Shown here: positions 13,807 to 26,837 of the stretch, piece after piece
How positions within the stretch are numbered: position 1 is the stretch's first letter
Layout: every line of letters starts with the position of its first letter
NCBI GenBank assembly: GCA_951406725.2
Contig: OX597817.1
Span: 170,128,001-170,192,000 of the forward strand
DNA: 64,000 nt
Direction: 5' to 3'
From: Octopus vulgaris
Taxonomy: Eukaryota
The notes under the pieces: model-generated
Told to the model about the DNA's origin: nothing
What the model saw: only the letters and a program-made list of their open reading frames with translations
Databases searched by the model: none
Translations under genes and position numbers: made by a program

Positions 13807-14157
13807 TATCGGCAATAATTTAATTTTTCTAGTGGAATTTGTGGGTTGAAAAAATATGAAATTTCATTGAAGTCAACCTCTCCATATGCAGAAAACTACA
13901 TTACATACACATTTCAAAAACTATTTTGTATAAAACTAGATTAAACATTTTACAAAATCCTCAACCTGAGAATTTGATTTCATGTCAACTTGTTTGAAAC
14001 ATGAACATCTTACAATAGACAAAGAAAATGTGCCCTAGATATTGGAGCCATTTTATGTGTTCCAACAAGTTAAACTATCTTTTATATAGTTACTTGATCC
14101 GTTAGAAATAGCAGTCAGATTCCCACTCCGCCCTCTCTCTCTCTCTCACAAACACAA

Positions 14158-14208
<51 letters not shown>

Positions 14209-14210
<2 letters not shown>

Positions 14211-14563
14211 CGTAGGAGTGGCTGTGTGGTAAGTAGCTTGCTTCCCAGCCACATCATTCCAGGTTCGGTCCCACTGCGTGGCACCTTGGGTAAGTGTCTT
14301 CTACTATAGCCTCGGGCCAACCAAAGCCTTGTGAGTGGATTTCGTAGACGGAAACTGAAAGAAGCCAGTCATATATATGTATATATATATATATAAGTGT
14401 ATGTGTGTGTATATGTTTGTGTGTCTGTGTTTGTCCCCCTAACATCGTATGTCCCCATAACTTAGCGGTTAGGCTTACAAAGAATAAGTCCTGGGGTCGA
14501 TTTGCTCAACTAAAGGCAGTGCTCCAGCATGGCCACAGTCAAATGACTGAAAAGAGTAAAGAG
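14209..14563 (+). mobile_element. SINE family A, internally deleted
   Basis: Head and tail intact; part of the 3' body is missing. Confidence 0.9.
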
Positions 14564-15251
14564 TATATGTATATATTTTTCCCTTGGGCCTTAAGAGTCA
14601 TAAAGCCAGCTACTTAGTTTCCATGTTTCCATGACATACAAGTGATCACAGTTACAACATTCCCCTGAACAGGACACCAGCTCATAGCTTGCCTGGAATT
14701 TTATTTTATCAACTCTTGAAAGGATGAAAGACGACGTTAACCTCAACTCGATTTGAATTCAGAACACAAAGACTTGTAAGAAATGCTACTAAGTATTTCA
14801 TCAGATGTGCTAACAATTCTGCCAGCTCACAAACAGACATCTTAAAAAATGGAAATAACACATTGGATAATATAGATTAGGTTATACTACTCTAAAAAAC
14901 AAACAAAAAGATCATAATGATGGCTGTAATATTTATGACCATAGGCCTACCACATTTATTGAGCTAAACATGGTTCCAAAATAGCAAAGTGACAGCAAAG
15001 TTCATATTTTCAGTGTATCAAACTAGCGTACAATTTCTAGTTACTGAGGGTCAAAACTTCTTAGTCATAAATTCCTTACACTCATTTAAATGAAAAATAG
15101 AAATTGAGATCTTTTACTTCTTAATATAAGGTTACGAAAAAGAAGGCTGCTCAAAGAGACTTGACAGTAAGTGATATGAAGATGAAAATCAATTTGAAAT
15201 AAATATAGGGCTTGAACTTATGAAAGTTACAAAGCAAGAGCAGCTAATTTA

Positions 15252-15655
15252 ATAATAATAATAATAATAATAATAATTGTGTACAGTGCTCAGGTGCACT
15301 ACAACTCATCTAAAGTGTATATATAATCAGGTGTAGTTTCGGCGGATTTCGGAAAGCATGAGGGCCTTAAAGGATGCAGTGTCATGGCAGTCAACAACTG
15401 ACGCAGGCAGTTTATTCCATGCTTCAGCAACTCTGAGCGTGAAAAAATGTTTCCGAAAGTCATGGGAGCTGTGTTGTTTTCTGACTTTGTAGGCATGTCC
15501 ACGTGTGTTAGACACATGGGGATCAAAAAGGTGTTCAGTGTTGTTGTTGGTGAGGTGGTTGATAACTTTGTGGGTGTTTACCAAGTCCGTCGCCAGACGC
15601 CAGAGCTTCAGTGAATCCATGCCCAGGGAAACAAGGCGCTCAGAATATGGTAGGT
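15252..15655 (-). mobile_element. CR1-type LINE 3' fragment, (ATT)n tail
   Basis: NTRGHAYKVRKQHSSHDFRKHFFTLRVAEAWNKLP; same family as 23815-24250. Confidence 0.9.
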
Positions 15656-15814
15656 CATGGAGTGGTTGGCGTTAGAAAGGGCATCCAGCCGTAGAAACAT
15701 GTGCTGAGCAAGACTGGCGCCTGATGAAGCCTTCCGGCTTCACAGACCCCAGTGTAAATACTTCGTCCAACCCATGCTAGCATGGAAAACGGATGTTAAA
15801 TGATGATGATGATG
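15656..15814 (+). mobile_element. Retroposon family C 3' end
   Basis: Core motif and (GAT)n tail. Confidence 0.85.
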
Positions 15815-16089
15815 CATATTTCAATTTGTAATCATCATTTTAACATTTACTTTACCCTGCTTGCATGGGTCAGGTGAAATTTGTTAAGGCTGATTTTCTA
15901 TTGTTTGATGCTCTTCCTGTCACCAACCCTCAAATGTTTCCAAGCAGATAATATTTCTCCATTGTCAGACATGTTTTCACTGCAGACTGGAAATACGGTA
16001 ATCCCTGGCCATATCGCAGTTCATTATTTAAGCTTATATTGATTCCTCCATGGTGTTGTTTTGCATTTATTATAAAATAAATATTTTTT

Positions 16090-16497
16090 CTTTTTTCTTT
16101 TACTTGTTTCAGTCATTTGACTGCGGCCTTGCTGGAGCACCACCTTTAGTCGAGCAAATCGACCCTAGAGCTTATTCTCTGTAAGCCTAGTACTTATTCT
16201 ATCGATCTCTTTTGTCGAACCACTAAGTTGTGGTGACATAAACACACCAGCATCGATTCTCAAGTGATGTTGAGGGGAGAAACATGGACACACAAACATA
16301 TAGACACATACACACACACACACACATATATATATGACAGGCTTCTTCCAGTTTCCGTCTACCAAATCTAATTACAAGGCTTTGGTTGGGTCGAGGCTAT
16401 AGTAGAAGACACTTGCCCAAGATGCCATGCAGTGGGACTGAACCCATGACCATGTGGCTGGTAAGCAAGCTACATACCACACAGCCACTCCTGCGCC
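16090..16497 (-). mobile_element. SINE family A
   Basis: Full-length match. Confidence 0.9.
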
Positions 16498-16656
16498 CAT
16501 ACAAATTATAAAAATAATTTTAAAAAAATATACAGTACTGTTTCTACTTTGTGGACGTTCATCTACCGTGGGAGGTTTTGGAATATAATACCCGCGATAG
16601 CCGAGGGGTTACTGTAAAGGTTACTGCTTATATGAATGTGAACTTGTTTAGGACTA

Positions 16657-17502
16657 TAAGGTGTTTGGGCTAAATTTGATAGCTTGTATAACGGGAAAAG
16701 AAAATATCCCATCCAAAAGTAAAAGTATTTTAAAAGATTAGAAAATAATCAACTAGATTATGACTGAGAGATAACACTTTACTCAAAGTAACTCCCTTCA
16801 GCTTCTAACACAGCCTCAAGCCAGCTCCAGAACTTGGCACTAGTATTCCTCCCTGTGTCTCTAGGAAGATCTTTGAGCACCTTAATCCTTGTGTTGAAGG
16901 CAGAGTGGTTGGTATCTTTCTCAACCACAACCCACACATAGTAATCCATGGGATTACAATCAGGGGAATCAGGGAGCCAGAAATTAGAGCTGGAGAAGTC
17001 ATAGAAATTCTCTGACAACCACTTCTGACTCTTTCTGGAGGTATAGCAAGGAACTAAATCCTGCTGCCACACATATGGCTTTCCAGCAGTAACCCTCTCC
17101 AATTGCTTCACATAGCCATCTGAAATGATCCCAAGGCCCTGTTTAAAAGTCTGAAGCATGCAGACGTAGTCAGAATGCCTTCTGTACCCCTTCCTGCTAG
17201 CCACATCTTTGTAGTTTCCATTGCAGCTGTCCATGTCGTGTCTTACAATCTTTACAGTGTTCACACAGCATTGAGCGGCAGTCATGATATCGGCATTTTG
17301 ATACCTAGTATGAATCATCATGATACAAATATCTCTTTTCCAATATTCAGATGACCTCCAGTCCTCCATATTAGCTCATTTTTTTCTCAACTACAGCTTT
17401 AATCTTTAAGTTTTCCAATGCCATTGAATACTCATCAATACAACAAACTGTTATTGAAATACAGAGACTTAAAATATCATCAAATTTAGCCTGAACTCTG
17501 TG
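16657..17502 (-). mobile_element. Second maT (DD37D) transposon, internally deleted
   Basis: ORF 16779..17369 has YVWQQD-x37-D (WLPDSPDCNPMDY); degenerate TIRs around GGCTAAATTTGAT / ATCAAATTTAGCC. Confidence 0.85.
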
Positions 17503-17699
17503 TATAGTGTGATGTCAAGACAAGAAAGCACAAACACACACACACACATATACACACAAAGCTTCTTTCAGTTCCTATCTACTAAATCCACCCACAATGT
17601 TTTGGTCAGGTCAGTGCTATAGTGGAAGGCATTTTCCCAAGGTGTCATGCAGTGAGACTGAATTTGAAATCTCAAGATTAGGAAGTGAACTTCTTAACC

Positions 17700-17931
17700 T
17701 ATTTCTTTACTACCCACAAGGGGCTAAACACAGAGGGGACAAACAAGGACAGACAAACCGAGTGAGTCGATTACATCTACCCCAGTGAGTAACAGGTACT
17801 TAATTTATCGACCCCAAAAGGATGAAAGGCAAAGTCGACCTCGGCGGAATTTGAACTCAGAACGTAACGGCAGACGAAAATGCGGCTACGCATGTCGCCC
17901 GGCGTGCTAACGTTTCTACCAGCTTGCCGCC
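17700..17931 (-). mobile_element. SINE family B (tRNA head plus Nin/Deu-like domain)
   Basis: GCCTTTCATCCTTTTGGGGTCGATAAATTAAGTACC on the minus strand; TSD TTCTTAACC. Confidence 0.9.
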
Positions 17932-19086
17932 TTCTTAACCATTTACTATCATCTACAACATATATTATCTCCAGAGTCAATTTTTTTTAAGCCAACAAAA
18001 GGAACTACATGCCCATTTGACCTGTCACAAATAGTAGCTACATCTCATAATCACCCTTCTATCTTCAATAAAGGATATATTGAACAATGTCTTCCTTGAT
18101 ATTCAACAAAAGTGGACTATTGCAACTGGAATGCTTTGGTTATAGAGTACCAAAGTGCTTTTATGAGCCACTAGCATGGGTACCATTTGTATGGCACATC
18201 CAGCAAAGCATACTGGCTTCATTTCTTTCAAGCTTATGCATGTCATCAGCTGTTACAGCCCATGTTCCACTTCTGTGTAGCATAGCTGTTCACACAGGCA
18301 TCATACAATCTGCCTTTCACTCTGAGGGAAAGGCTCTTTGTTGCCAGCAGAGGTAGGAGCTCTCTGAACTTTGCCCAGCCTAATCTTATTCTCACAGCTA
18401 TGCTCTTGGAACATCTATTCCCGCTACTAACTTGGTCACCTAGATAACAGAAGCATCACAACCATACTTTGGTACTCTATAACCAGAAGTCTCAAAATTA
18501 CAAGACTGCAAATTCAGACTGTAAAATAAGATATGCCAGAGTAATAAATAGACTATTGGCATTCTGGTGCACTCATTAAGTCATTTCGTAAATAATGTAT
18601 GAGAAATTATAGTTGAAATTTTTGGCCATGTAATAATGTTAGAAATTATTTATAATTATAGGAAGGAGTAAATGGCATTAATAGAGAATTGAATGAAATG
18701 CTTTCTGGTATTTAGTTATGTTCAAATTTTGCCTTTCATTCATACGAGGCTCATAATATAATGTACCACTCAAGTAGTGGGGTTGATTTAGTCAACATAC
18801 TCCTTTCACTTTGCATCCATGTTAGAAATTATTATTAATACTACTATTACTGAGAGGTTGGTAGGACCCATAGAGAGTCTGACGAAATACTTTGTGGTGT
18901 TTAGTTATACATGACTGATTTAAGTATGAATGTTGCTGAGGTTGGCTTTACTTTTCCTCGTTCTGTAGTCAATAAAACAAAGTACCAGTTACATATGAGG
19001 ATCATTCAAATTGATTACACCTACTCCAAGTTCAAGGCCTTGTGCCTGAGTTAGAAATCACTATTATTTAAAAAGATAAAACAAAT

Positions 19087-19190
19087 CATTATTATTATTA
19101 TTATTATTATTATCATTATTATTGTTATCATTATTATTATTATTGTTATCATTATTATTATTATCATTATTATTATTATTATTATCATTA

Positions 19191-19221
<31 letters not shown>

Positions 19222-19250
19222 TATCATTATCATTATTATCATTATTATCA

Positions 19251-19281
<31 letters not shown>

Positions 19282-19286
19282 TGTTA

Positions 19287-19317
<31 letters not shown>

Positions 19318-19356
19318 CATTATTTATTATCATTATCATTATTATCATTATTATCA

Positions 19357-19387
<31 letters not shown>

Positions 19388-19500
19388 TGTTATCATTATT
19401 ATTATTATTATTATCATTATTATTATTATTATCATTATCATTATTATCATTATCATTATTATCATTATTATTATCATTATTATTATTATCATTATTGTTA

Positions 19501-19537
<37 letters not shown>

Positions 19538-19550
19538 CATCATCATTATT
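19087..19550. repeat. ~460 bp (ATT/ATC)n microsatellite
   Basis: Directly visible; source of the poly-I/N/L ORFs. Confidence 0.97.
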
Positions 19551-20399
19551 ACGAAGGTGATGAGCTGGTAGAATTGTTAGCAGCTGGACATAATGCTTAG
19601 CAATATTTCATCCATCTTCATAGTCTGAGCTCAAAATTCCTCCAAGGTTAACTTTGCCTTTCATCCTTTCAGGGTTGATAAGTACCAGTCGAGCACTGGG
19701 GTCGATGTAACTGACTTACCCCCTCCCCCAAAATTGATGCCCTTGTGCCAAAATTTGAAACCATTATTATTATTATTATTATTATTATCATTATTATTAT
19801 TATCATTATTATCATTATTATTATTAATGTAATCAATCATTACTGTAATTATTGTAACATGATTAGAAGGGTGTGATATGTAGTAAAAAAAAAAATGACT
19901 TGGCTAACTGAGCAATATTTCAACAGTATGCCTGTCTTCCTCAGTTGCAAAATAAGACATGAATAATGAAAATACACGGAGAACAAAAACCTATTTATAG
20001 GTTTCACTTATTCATAACTGGTTAATCTGCTTAGAGCATGGAAAAAGCAGAGAAAACGAGTGAAGGTGTGACTTCATGGTTGGTAAAAAGCAGGTGAGTG
20101 AGAAGAAATAAAAAAATAAAAGATTAGTGAAATAATGTTGTCGCATGTGGTGAGGACAGATCCGGTAAAGAAATTATTATTGTTATAATTATTATTATTA
20201 TCATTAAGACGGTGAACTACCAGAATCATTAGCACGCTGGGCAAAATGCTTAGCAGTATTTTGTCTCCCACTACGTTCTGAGTTCAAATTCTGCTAAGAT
20301 CAACTTTGCCTTTCATCCTTTTAGGATCAATAAATTAAGTACCAGTGAAACACTGGGGTCAATGAAATTGACTAGTCTCCTTCTCCAAATTTTAAGCCC

Positions 20400-20714
20400 T
20401 GTGGCACGTAAAAAGCACCATCCGAATCGTGGCCGAAGCCAGTGCCGCCTCGACTGGCTTCCGTGCAGGTGGCACGTAAAATGCACCAATCTGACCGTGG
20501 CCGATGCCAGCCTCGCCTGGCACCAGTGCAGGTGGCACGTAAAAAGCACCCACTACACTCATGGAGTGGTTGGCGTTAGGAAGGGCATCCAGCTGTAGAA
20601 ACATTGCCAGATAAGACCGGAGCCTGGTGCAGCCTTCTGGCTTCCCAGATCCCCGGTCGAACCATCCAACCCATGCTATCATGGATATCAGACGTTAAAC
20701 GATGATGATGATGT
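20400..20714 (+). mobile_element. Retroposon family C with three internal GTGGCACGTAAAA repeats, nested in an old family B SINE
   Basis: Near-identical to 57967-58273 in opposite orientation. Confidence 0.88.
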
Positions 20715-20734
20715 GCCTTTAGTAGAAAGTATTA

Positions 20735-22045
20735 TTATTATTATCATGATATTCTTCTGCAGGCTATCTCAAAGGTGAGTGACAATGATTTTATCTTTGT
20801 GGCTGGGAATTTCAATGAGCATGTCGGACGGCAGCCTGGTATCTTCCATGGTGTACACGGGGGCCATGGAATTGGTTACTGAAATGAAGAGGGAACAAGG
20901 CTATTGGAGTTCTGTGATGCAAATAACCTATTGATTTGCAACACCAACTTCAGGAAGCCAGCCAGCCACTTGATAACCTACCAATCAGGTGACTGTGCTA
21001 ACCAGATCGATTACATTCTCACAAGAGAAATACAAATATCTTTCCTGGTGAAGAATGTATTTGCCAGCATAGACTAGTCATTAGACCAGAAGGATGTCAA
21101 AAAGCAGACAAATCTGGAAAAGAAGGATTGGGAAGATTAAGGACACTTCATATGGTCAGAGATGTAGGGACATCCTAATTGAGAAATTTAATGAGAGGGA
21201 GGAGGAGCTACAAATTGTGGAATGGAGGGCAACTGGGAATTCCTGCAGGACAGCTTGCAAAGTCCTATCCAGACCTAGGGTGAGATGGTGGTGGAATAAT
21301 GCTGTAGACAGGGCCATTAGAGCAAAGAAATAAGCCTGGAAGGCCTGGTAGAGTGGGGGTAGCAGGGAACTGTATCAGATAGCCAGAAGGGAGGCTAAAA
21401 GACAGGTATATCTAGCCAAGGGAGAAGCAGAAAAGAAGTTTGCCAATGTTTAACGATGTGAGGATCAAAGACTTGCAGTGTTTCAGATTGCAAAGACAGT
21501 GTATGAAAAAAATTGTGATGTCATAAGAGAGAACTGTGTCTGCATGGATGATGGTGCCCTTGCATTTAATGATTCTGCAAAGAAAGAGGCTTAGAAACAC
21601 CATTATGAAAGACTGTTGAACATGGAGAATAAATGGGAGAAGGAGAGCATGCCAAATGTTGACCCAATTGAGGGACCAGCTATCCAAATTGACAGTACCT
21701 TGGTAGATAAAGCAATTAAGGACATGAAGATAGGGAAAGCCCCAGGGCCATCAGGAATCACAGCTGAGATGTTTAAAATATCTGACAGTGTGGGTTGTGG
21801 TCTAGTCACCCATATTGTAAATCAGGTAGTTCAAAAATGAGTCATACCCAATGACTGGTGTAGAAGCACTATAGTCAACTACTACAAAGGTAAAGCTGAT
21901 GCCGTAGATAGAAATAATTACAGAAGTATCAAATTGTTGGATCAGGTGATGAAAGTTACGGAGAGGGTCATAATCCAACTAATTAGGAAGAGAGTTAGTC
22001 TAGATGAGAGGAAGTTTGGTTTTGTACTAGGTAGAAGCACCATTG
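20735..22045 (+). mobile_element. RTE LINE fragment (AP endonuclease to start of RT)
   Basis: AGNFNEHVG, LLEFCDANNLLICNTNFRKPASHLITY, QIDYIL, MKIGKAPGPSGITAEM, NYRSIKLLDQVMKV. Confidence 0.9.
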
Positions 22046-22374
22046 TCTTGCAACATTTGTTCTTGCCAAGGTCAACCAGCATTTTATCTCCAGAGTCAAT
22101 AAAATAATGTACCAATCAAGGATTGGGTCAATGTAATTAAACAACTCCTCACTCCAAATTTCCAAGCCATGTGCTTAAGTCAACCTTGGTAAAATTTCAG
22201 TTCAAAATTCTGCTAAGGTCAATTTTGCCTTTCATCCTTTCAGAGTCAATGAAATAAGTACCAGTTGAGTACTGGGGGTCAATGTAATCATTTAGCTCCT
22301 TCCTCAAATTTCATGCTTTGTGCCAATAGTAGAAAGGATTATTATTATCATTATTATAATTATTATTCATATAC

Positions 22375-22522
22375 ACACAACAGATTAGACTTTTGGAAAA
22401 GAAAAATTCCTAACATCAGGCTACAAGTAACCTTAGATGCCAAGAACCCTCCAAAGTATCTTAGATGTCCCTAATAACACTATCCATCTGTTCAAATCTT
22501 TAGGGATAGTTCCTAATGCACC

Positions 22523-22523
<1 letters not shown>
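22375..22523 (-). mobile_element. R4/Dong-like RLE LINE 3' scrap
   Basis: IGALGTIPKDL..LLGTSKILWRVL*. Confidence 0.55.
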
Positions 22524-22567
<44 letters not shown>

Positions 22568-22975
22568 GATCATCATCATCATCAAATGCATATTAGTATG
22601 GATTTGTGGTTTTGAATTGTACCCATCACTCTTCTTAGACTGGCTGCCAAGTCATTATTACAACGTACTTGCAAAAATTAAAAAGAAAATATGAAAATAA
22701 ATTATATTCAATTCAAATTGGAAATATTGATGATGCCCTAAGGATTTGGGTATTTTAACAAAAGGAATTAATATTAACTCATTACCTCCTCCTCACCTGA
22801 AGTATGTTCCTTCTTACATCAGCCAAATTTTATCAATAATCTCAAATGAATACAACACAAAACCATAGCAGATAATTTTATCTTGCGTTGGCGTTGGTAT
22901 TGTTTAGATCTAGATCAGTCCTATTTAAGTAGAACTATGATCAAAGCCATTCTAACCATGACCATTCCTTCTTTT

Positions 22976-23012
<37 letters not shown>

Positions 23013-23814
23013 GAAGACTGCATTATTTAAAGTATGATTTTGTTTTTTTTTTCTTTTTGAGGTGGTAGGCTGGGATTTGAGACTAGTTCTAACAGGTAAA
23101 AGGACCATATCAATTCTCTTTGTGAGCAGGAAGTAAAAAAATCATACAATCATACACATCAAAATATTGCTAAGCGGGAAATAATATGTTCTCAATTAAA
23201 TATAGTTCTGCTTTAAATTTCAATGAATATTTTATTTGATGAAATAAATTTTAACATATTTGTTAGTGATTAATTTTACCTAATCCTTAAAAAGATAAGA
23301 GGAGAGATTGCTCATTTATGATGAAATTCTAAAAATAGTTTTCAATTTAAATTGTTCAGCTCAACGGTCACGCAACTCGCATCTTGCAACAAAAAATAAA
23401 TTGATTACATTTTAATGCTCTCATTGACAAAACTGAAATAATGAAGATATGTCCTCAATAGTTTTGAATTACTTTTAAGACTGATGTAATTGAAACAGTT
23501 TCAGTTAATGTTTACATTAATGCTTTTCAATTGTTTGCGTCTTACATTTGTATTCGCTGTAATACACTGAATGGTTCTGCAAATATCATGCTGTTGTTAT
23601 TGTTTTGGTCTTCACTAAGCAGTCTTTGGATCAAAGGTCTTCTAGTCATGATCATCCAGTTTTTTGAGGAGAGAGAGCATTGTGTAGCTATGATTACATT
23701 ATCCAGTGTGACCTTCCATTTTCTATTTTTTTTTTTTTGTTGGTATGGGTGCAATTTGAGGAAATATTCGAAACTATTCCTAGTAGAGTCAGTGACTAGT
23801 TGTAAGTTAATAAG

Positions 23815-24207
23815 TTGATTCACCCATAAGATTGTTAACCATCTTACTAACAATAACTCTGAGCACCTTTTCAAACACCACCTGTCTAACACCAGAGGTC
23901 ATGTAACAAAGTCAGAAAACAGCACAGCTCCCATGACTTTCGAAAACATTTTTTCATGCTGAGAGTTGCTGAAGCATGGAACAAACTGCCGGCATCAGTT
24001 GTTAGTTGTCGGAGCACTGCATCCTTCAAAACTTCCATGCTTCTTGAGATTCGCCAACACTACACCTGATCTTCTCCCCTCCATACACACGCAAGCATCT
24101 ATCTGACTCATACACTGTTCACTTCCCAGACATTTGCACATTACTGCATATGCTTTATATGCACTTTTGACAAATTGTGGTGCACCTGAGCACTGTATAC
24201 AATAATT

Positions 24208-24250
<43 letters not shown>
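23815..24250 (+). mobile_element. CR1-type LINE 3' fragment, (ATT)n tail
   Basis: FRKHFFMLRVAEAWNKLP, 3' UTR and tail. Confidence 0.9.
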
Positions 24251-24252
<2 letters not shown>

Positions 24253-25111
24253 GATTTGTTGAAATAAGCCTTTCTACTATAGGGAAAAAGGCCAGAAATT
24301 TTGGGGAAGAAGTGGTTAGTCTACCAACTCCAGTAGTCAACTGGTACTTAACTCTAAAAGGAGTAAAGTCAACTTTGGTGGAGTTTAAACTCAGGGTGTA
24401 AAGATGGACAAAATGCTGTTATGCATTTTGTCTGGCATGCAAATGATTCTGCCAGCTTGCCATCTTTCTGGCAGATTGCTGTCTTGATTACTCGAAATAA
24501 CGAAGCAAGAATTTAAGAGGAATTTTTTTTCTATTGCAAAGCAATGAACTGGAACTGATTAGATGTTCTGTTAAGCTGGACTGAGTGGGACTTTTCAAGA
24601 AATCATATTTGTGAATCCATTGAAGGATTTCACCAATGACATGTACTCTTCATTGCTCAGTTACTAAATTCCTATGAAACAAGCCTTATGTAAGATGCAC
24701 CAGCTTGTAGTATTTCTTTAAGTCACATTCAACTTCAATGTTATGCCAAAAGCAACTATTAGAACATTATAGTAAACATATGAGAATGACATATAATAAC
24801 TAGAAAGTCAAACACAGTAGAAAATTTTCTGTTCTGTCATTATAAAACAAGCATATACTACCCAATAGTATTAAAAATTACAGAAATGATATTCCTGTCA
24901 CTATGAAATAAACATATATTAAACATTGTTTCTAACATTATAATAATTTTCAACATAGGCACAAAGCCAAGTTGTTGGGGTGAAAAAACAGTCAATTAAA
25001 TTGAATCCACCGCTTGACTGGTACTTTATCTCATTGATCTCAGATGGAAGAAACCCAAAGCTTTATGGTGTTTGAACTCAGAACTTAAAGTGCTGGAATA
25101 AACACTGCAAA

Positions 25112-25282
25112 GGCGCAGGAGTGGCTGTGTGGTAAGTAGCTTGCTAATAAACCACATGGTTCTGGGTTCAGTCCCACTACGTGGCACCTTGGGCAAGTGT
25201 CTTCTGCTACAGCCCCGGGCCGACCAATGCCTTGTGAGTGGATTTGGTAGACGGAAACTGAAAGAAGCCTGTCGTATATATG

Positions 25283-25315
<33 letters not shown>

Positions 25316-25536
25316 TTGTGTGTCTGTGTTTGTCCCCCTAGCATTGCTTGACAACCGATGCTGGTGTGTTTACGTCCCCGTCACTTAGCGGTTCGGCAAA
25401 AGAGACCGATAGAATAAGTACTGGGCTTACAAAGAATAAGTCCCGGGGTCGATTTGCTTGACTAAAAAAGGTGGTGCTCCAGCATGGCCGCAGTCAAATG
25501 ACTGAAACAAGTAAAAGAGTAAAAGAGTAAAGAGTA
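25112..25536 (+). mobile_element. SINE family A nested in an old family B copy
   Basis: Full-length match. Confidence 0.93.
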
Positions 25537-26195
25537 AATCATTTTGTTTGATATTCTAATGATTCTGCTAATAAATCATCCTTAGAGTGAACAATAATAA
25601 TGACTAGAGTACTATGCAGTATTGGTTATGCAGTATTGGATATATACAGAATCACATTTGTATGTGAAATATTTTGTTTCTGTGAGAGTAAACCTTGTGG
25701 CTAAACTATGGGGCTTTTGGCAGCTTGGAATGAGGATCAAACCAATCATTTTCATTTTCCTTAGACTCATCAAAGATTGCTCACACTTTGCAAAATGCTA
25801 AAAGACTGTAAGATAGAACTACTTGTAAAGATCTAAACAAGATTATGCAAGGTGTAACAAAAGTCATTTTAAAACAAGTAAATAGCAATAAGAAAGACAA
25901 AACCACAGAAATATTCTTGTCATTATGAAGCAAATATATTGTAAATTTAATTATCTAAGTTTGGAGATGTATCCCGCAACTGCTTTCTATAAATAACAAT
26001 TAACCCTTTTACTGCAGAAATCAGATATATCCACTCAGAGTTTCATTATCCTTATCTGCAGAAAGCAGTTATAATATTCCAATCTATCTCCCGTTGCAGG
26101 ATGTCATGTTTGAAACTACTTTTTGTTAAGATATATGAAATTAACTGCAGCAATGTAACTTGCAGAAAATACCAATTCCATTTTTTGGTAGTTAT

Positions 26196-26532
26196 TTAAT
26201 CGAAATCGAATTGAACCAGCCAGGATCCCTGGTCTGGTGGTACGTAAAAAGCACTATCCGACTCATGGCCGATGCCAGCACCGCCTCGACTGGCTTCCGT
26301 GCTGGTGGCACGTAAAATACACCAATCCGACCATGGCCGTTGCCAGCCTCGCCTGGCACCTGTGCAGGTGGCACATAAAAAGCACCCACTACACTCACGG
26401 AGTGGTTGGCGTTAGGAAGGGCATCCAGCCGTAGAAACACTGCCAGATCGGACTGGGCCTGATGCAGCCTTCTGGCTTCACAGACCCCAGTTGAACCGTC
26501 CAACCCATGCTAGCATGGAAAACGGACGCTAA

Positions 26533-26561
<29 letters not shown>
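26196..26561 (+). mobile_element. Retroposon family C
   Basis: Internal repeats, core and (GAT)n tail. Confidence 0.88.
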
Positions 26562-26563
<2 letters not shown>

Positions 26564-26837
26564 AACATCATTACTGAAATAACCATGAAATTTGATTTCA
26601 CAGTTAAAAGGTTAATCATATAAAAAATTAATGTTCTCATCATTAAGGATTCAGTTTTAATTAGATAAAACTTCCTGGTTTACTTATTCAAGTATGCTAG
26701 AACCCACTTTGCTAAATAGTAATAAGGCAATAACAACAGTACAGAAAGGTTCCTATCGTTATGAAACACACATGTCTTGTAATAGATATTAAAACAAAAT
26801 AGTGCTAACATGTTTCACTACATACTAAAAAGAAATT

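Larger units (their letters stand above)
3628..13960 (-). pseudogene. CATSPERG: Decayed CatSper auxiliary subunit gamma gene (multi-exon, with stops, frameshifts and SINE insertions in exons)
   Basis: Collinear minus-strand matches to human CATSPERG, by eye. CIWR/VDFNEIS (~13890-13855) vs CTWQVVLNEFK. GVFI*MKFLIQYFQ, KWILPFQHG and HIVIGSELGN (13290-12860) vs GHLTGLKPLVLVTFQ, SWYTPMPIKKG and QFTVGEELFN. TVEEVVLSLYVFINERYLSYRNNFLD (12693-12615) vs [28 protein letters not shown]. Exon from the acceptor at 11841 reads FSTELLFGSL..TAHL..R*LVYY vs LSIDSCWVGSF..TATI..NQLVYY. KVEQLWP (8649-8629) vs RVYQLFP. HCPC and SIYEEFFALII (7392-7115) vs FCPF and AIYQGLVYYLL. KVLLNETQPSFSYL, NVLNIHISFVNKK and IPHFIFVPFSKYFLL (5640-5095) vs RIFLDKGTEYSFAIFL, NSVLFSITLKDKK and MPCFLFRDIFYPFFLI. 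KPFAP* (3869-3628) vs GIFAPE. Polypyrimidine-AG acceptors at 11841, 7393 and 3870. Confidence 0.7.
15000..18630 (-). pseudogene. TMEM262: Possible decayed TMEM262 (CatSper eta) gene, two segments (~18630-18480 and ~15250-15000)
   Basis: SLFITLAYLIL (18555-18520) vs human GLMLTVAALIL. FKLIFIFISLTVKSL*AAFFFVTLY*EV (15200-15115) vs [27 protein letters not shown]. Correct order and strand within the cluster, but the matches are short and hydrophobic. Confidence 0.42.
19905..22790 (-). pseudogene. TMEM249: Possible decayed TMEM249 (CatSper theta) gene; best segment 20172-19905, weaker N-terminal segment ~22790-22650
   Basis: FSLLF..QL*ISETYK*VFVLRVFSLFMSYFATEEDRHTVE vs human FHLVL..[44 protein letters not shown] (22770-22750) vs YPFVQQEP. 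Confidence 0.45.
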
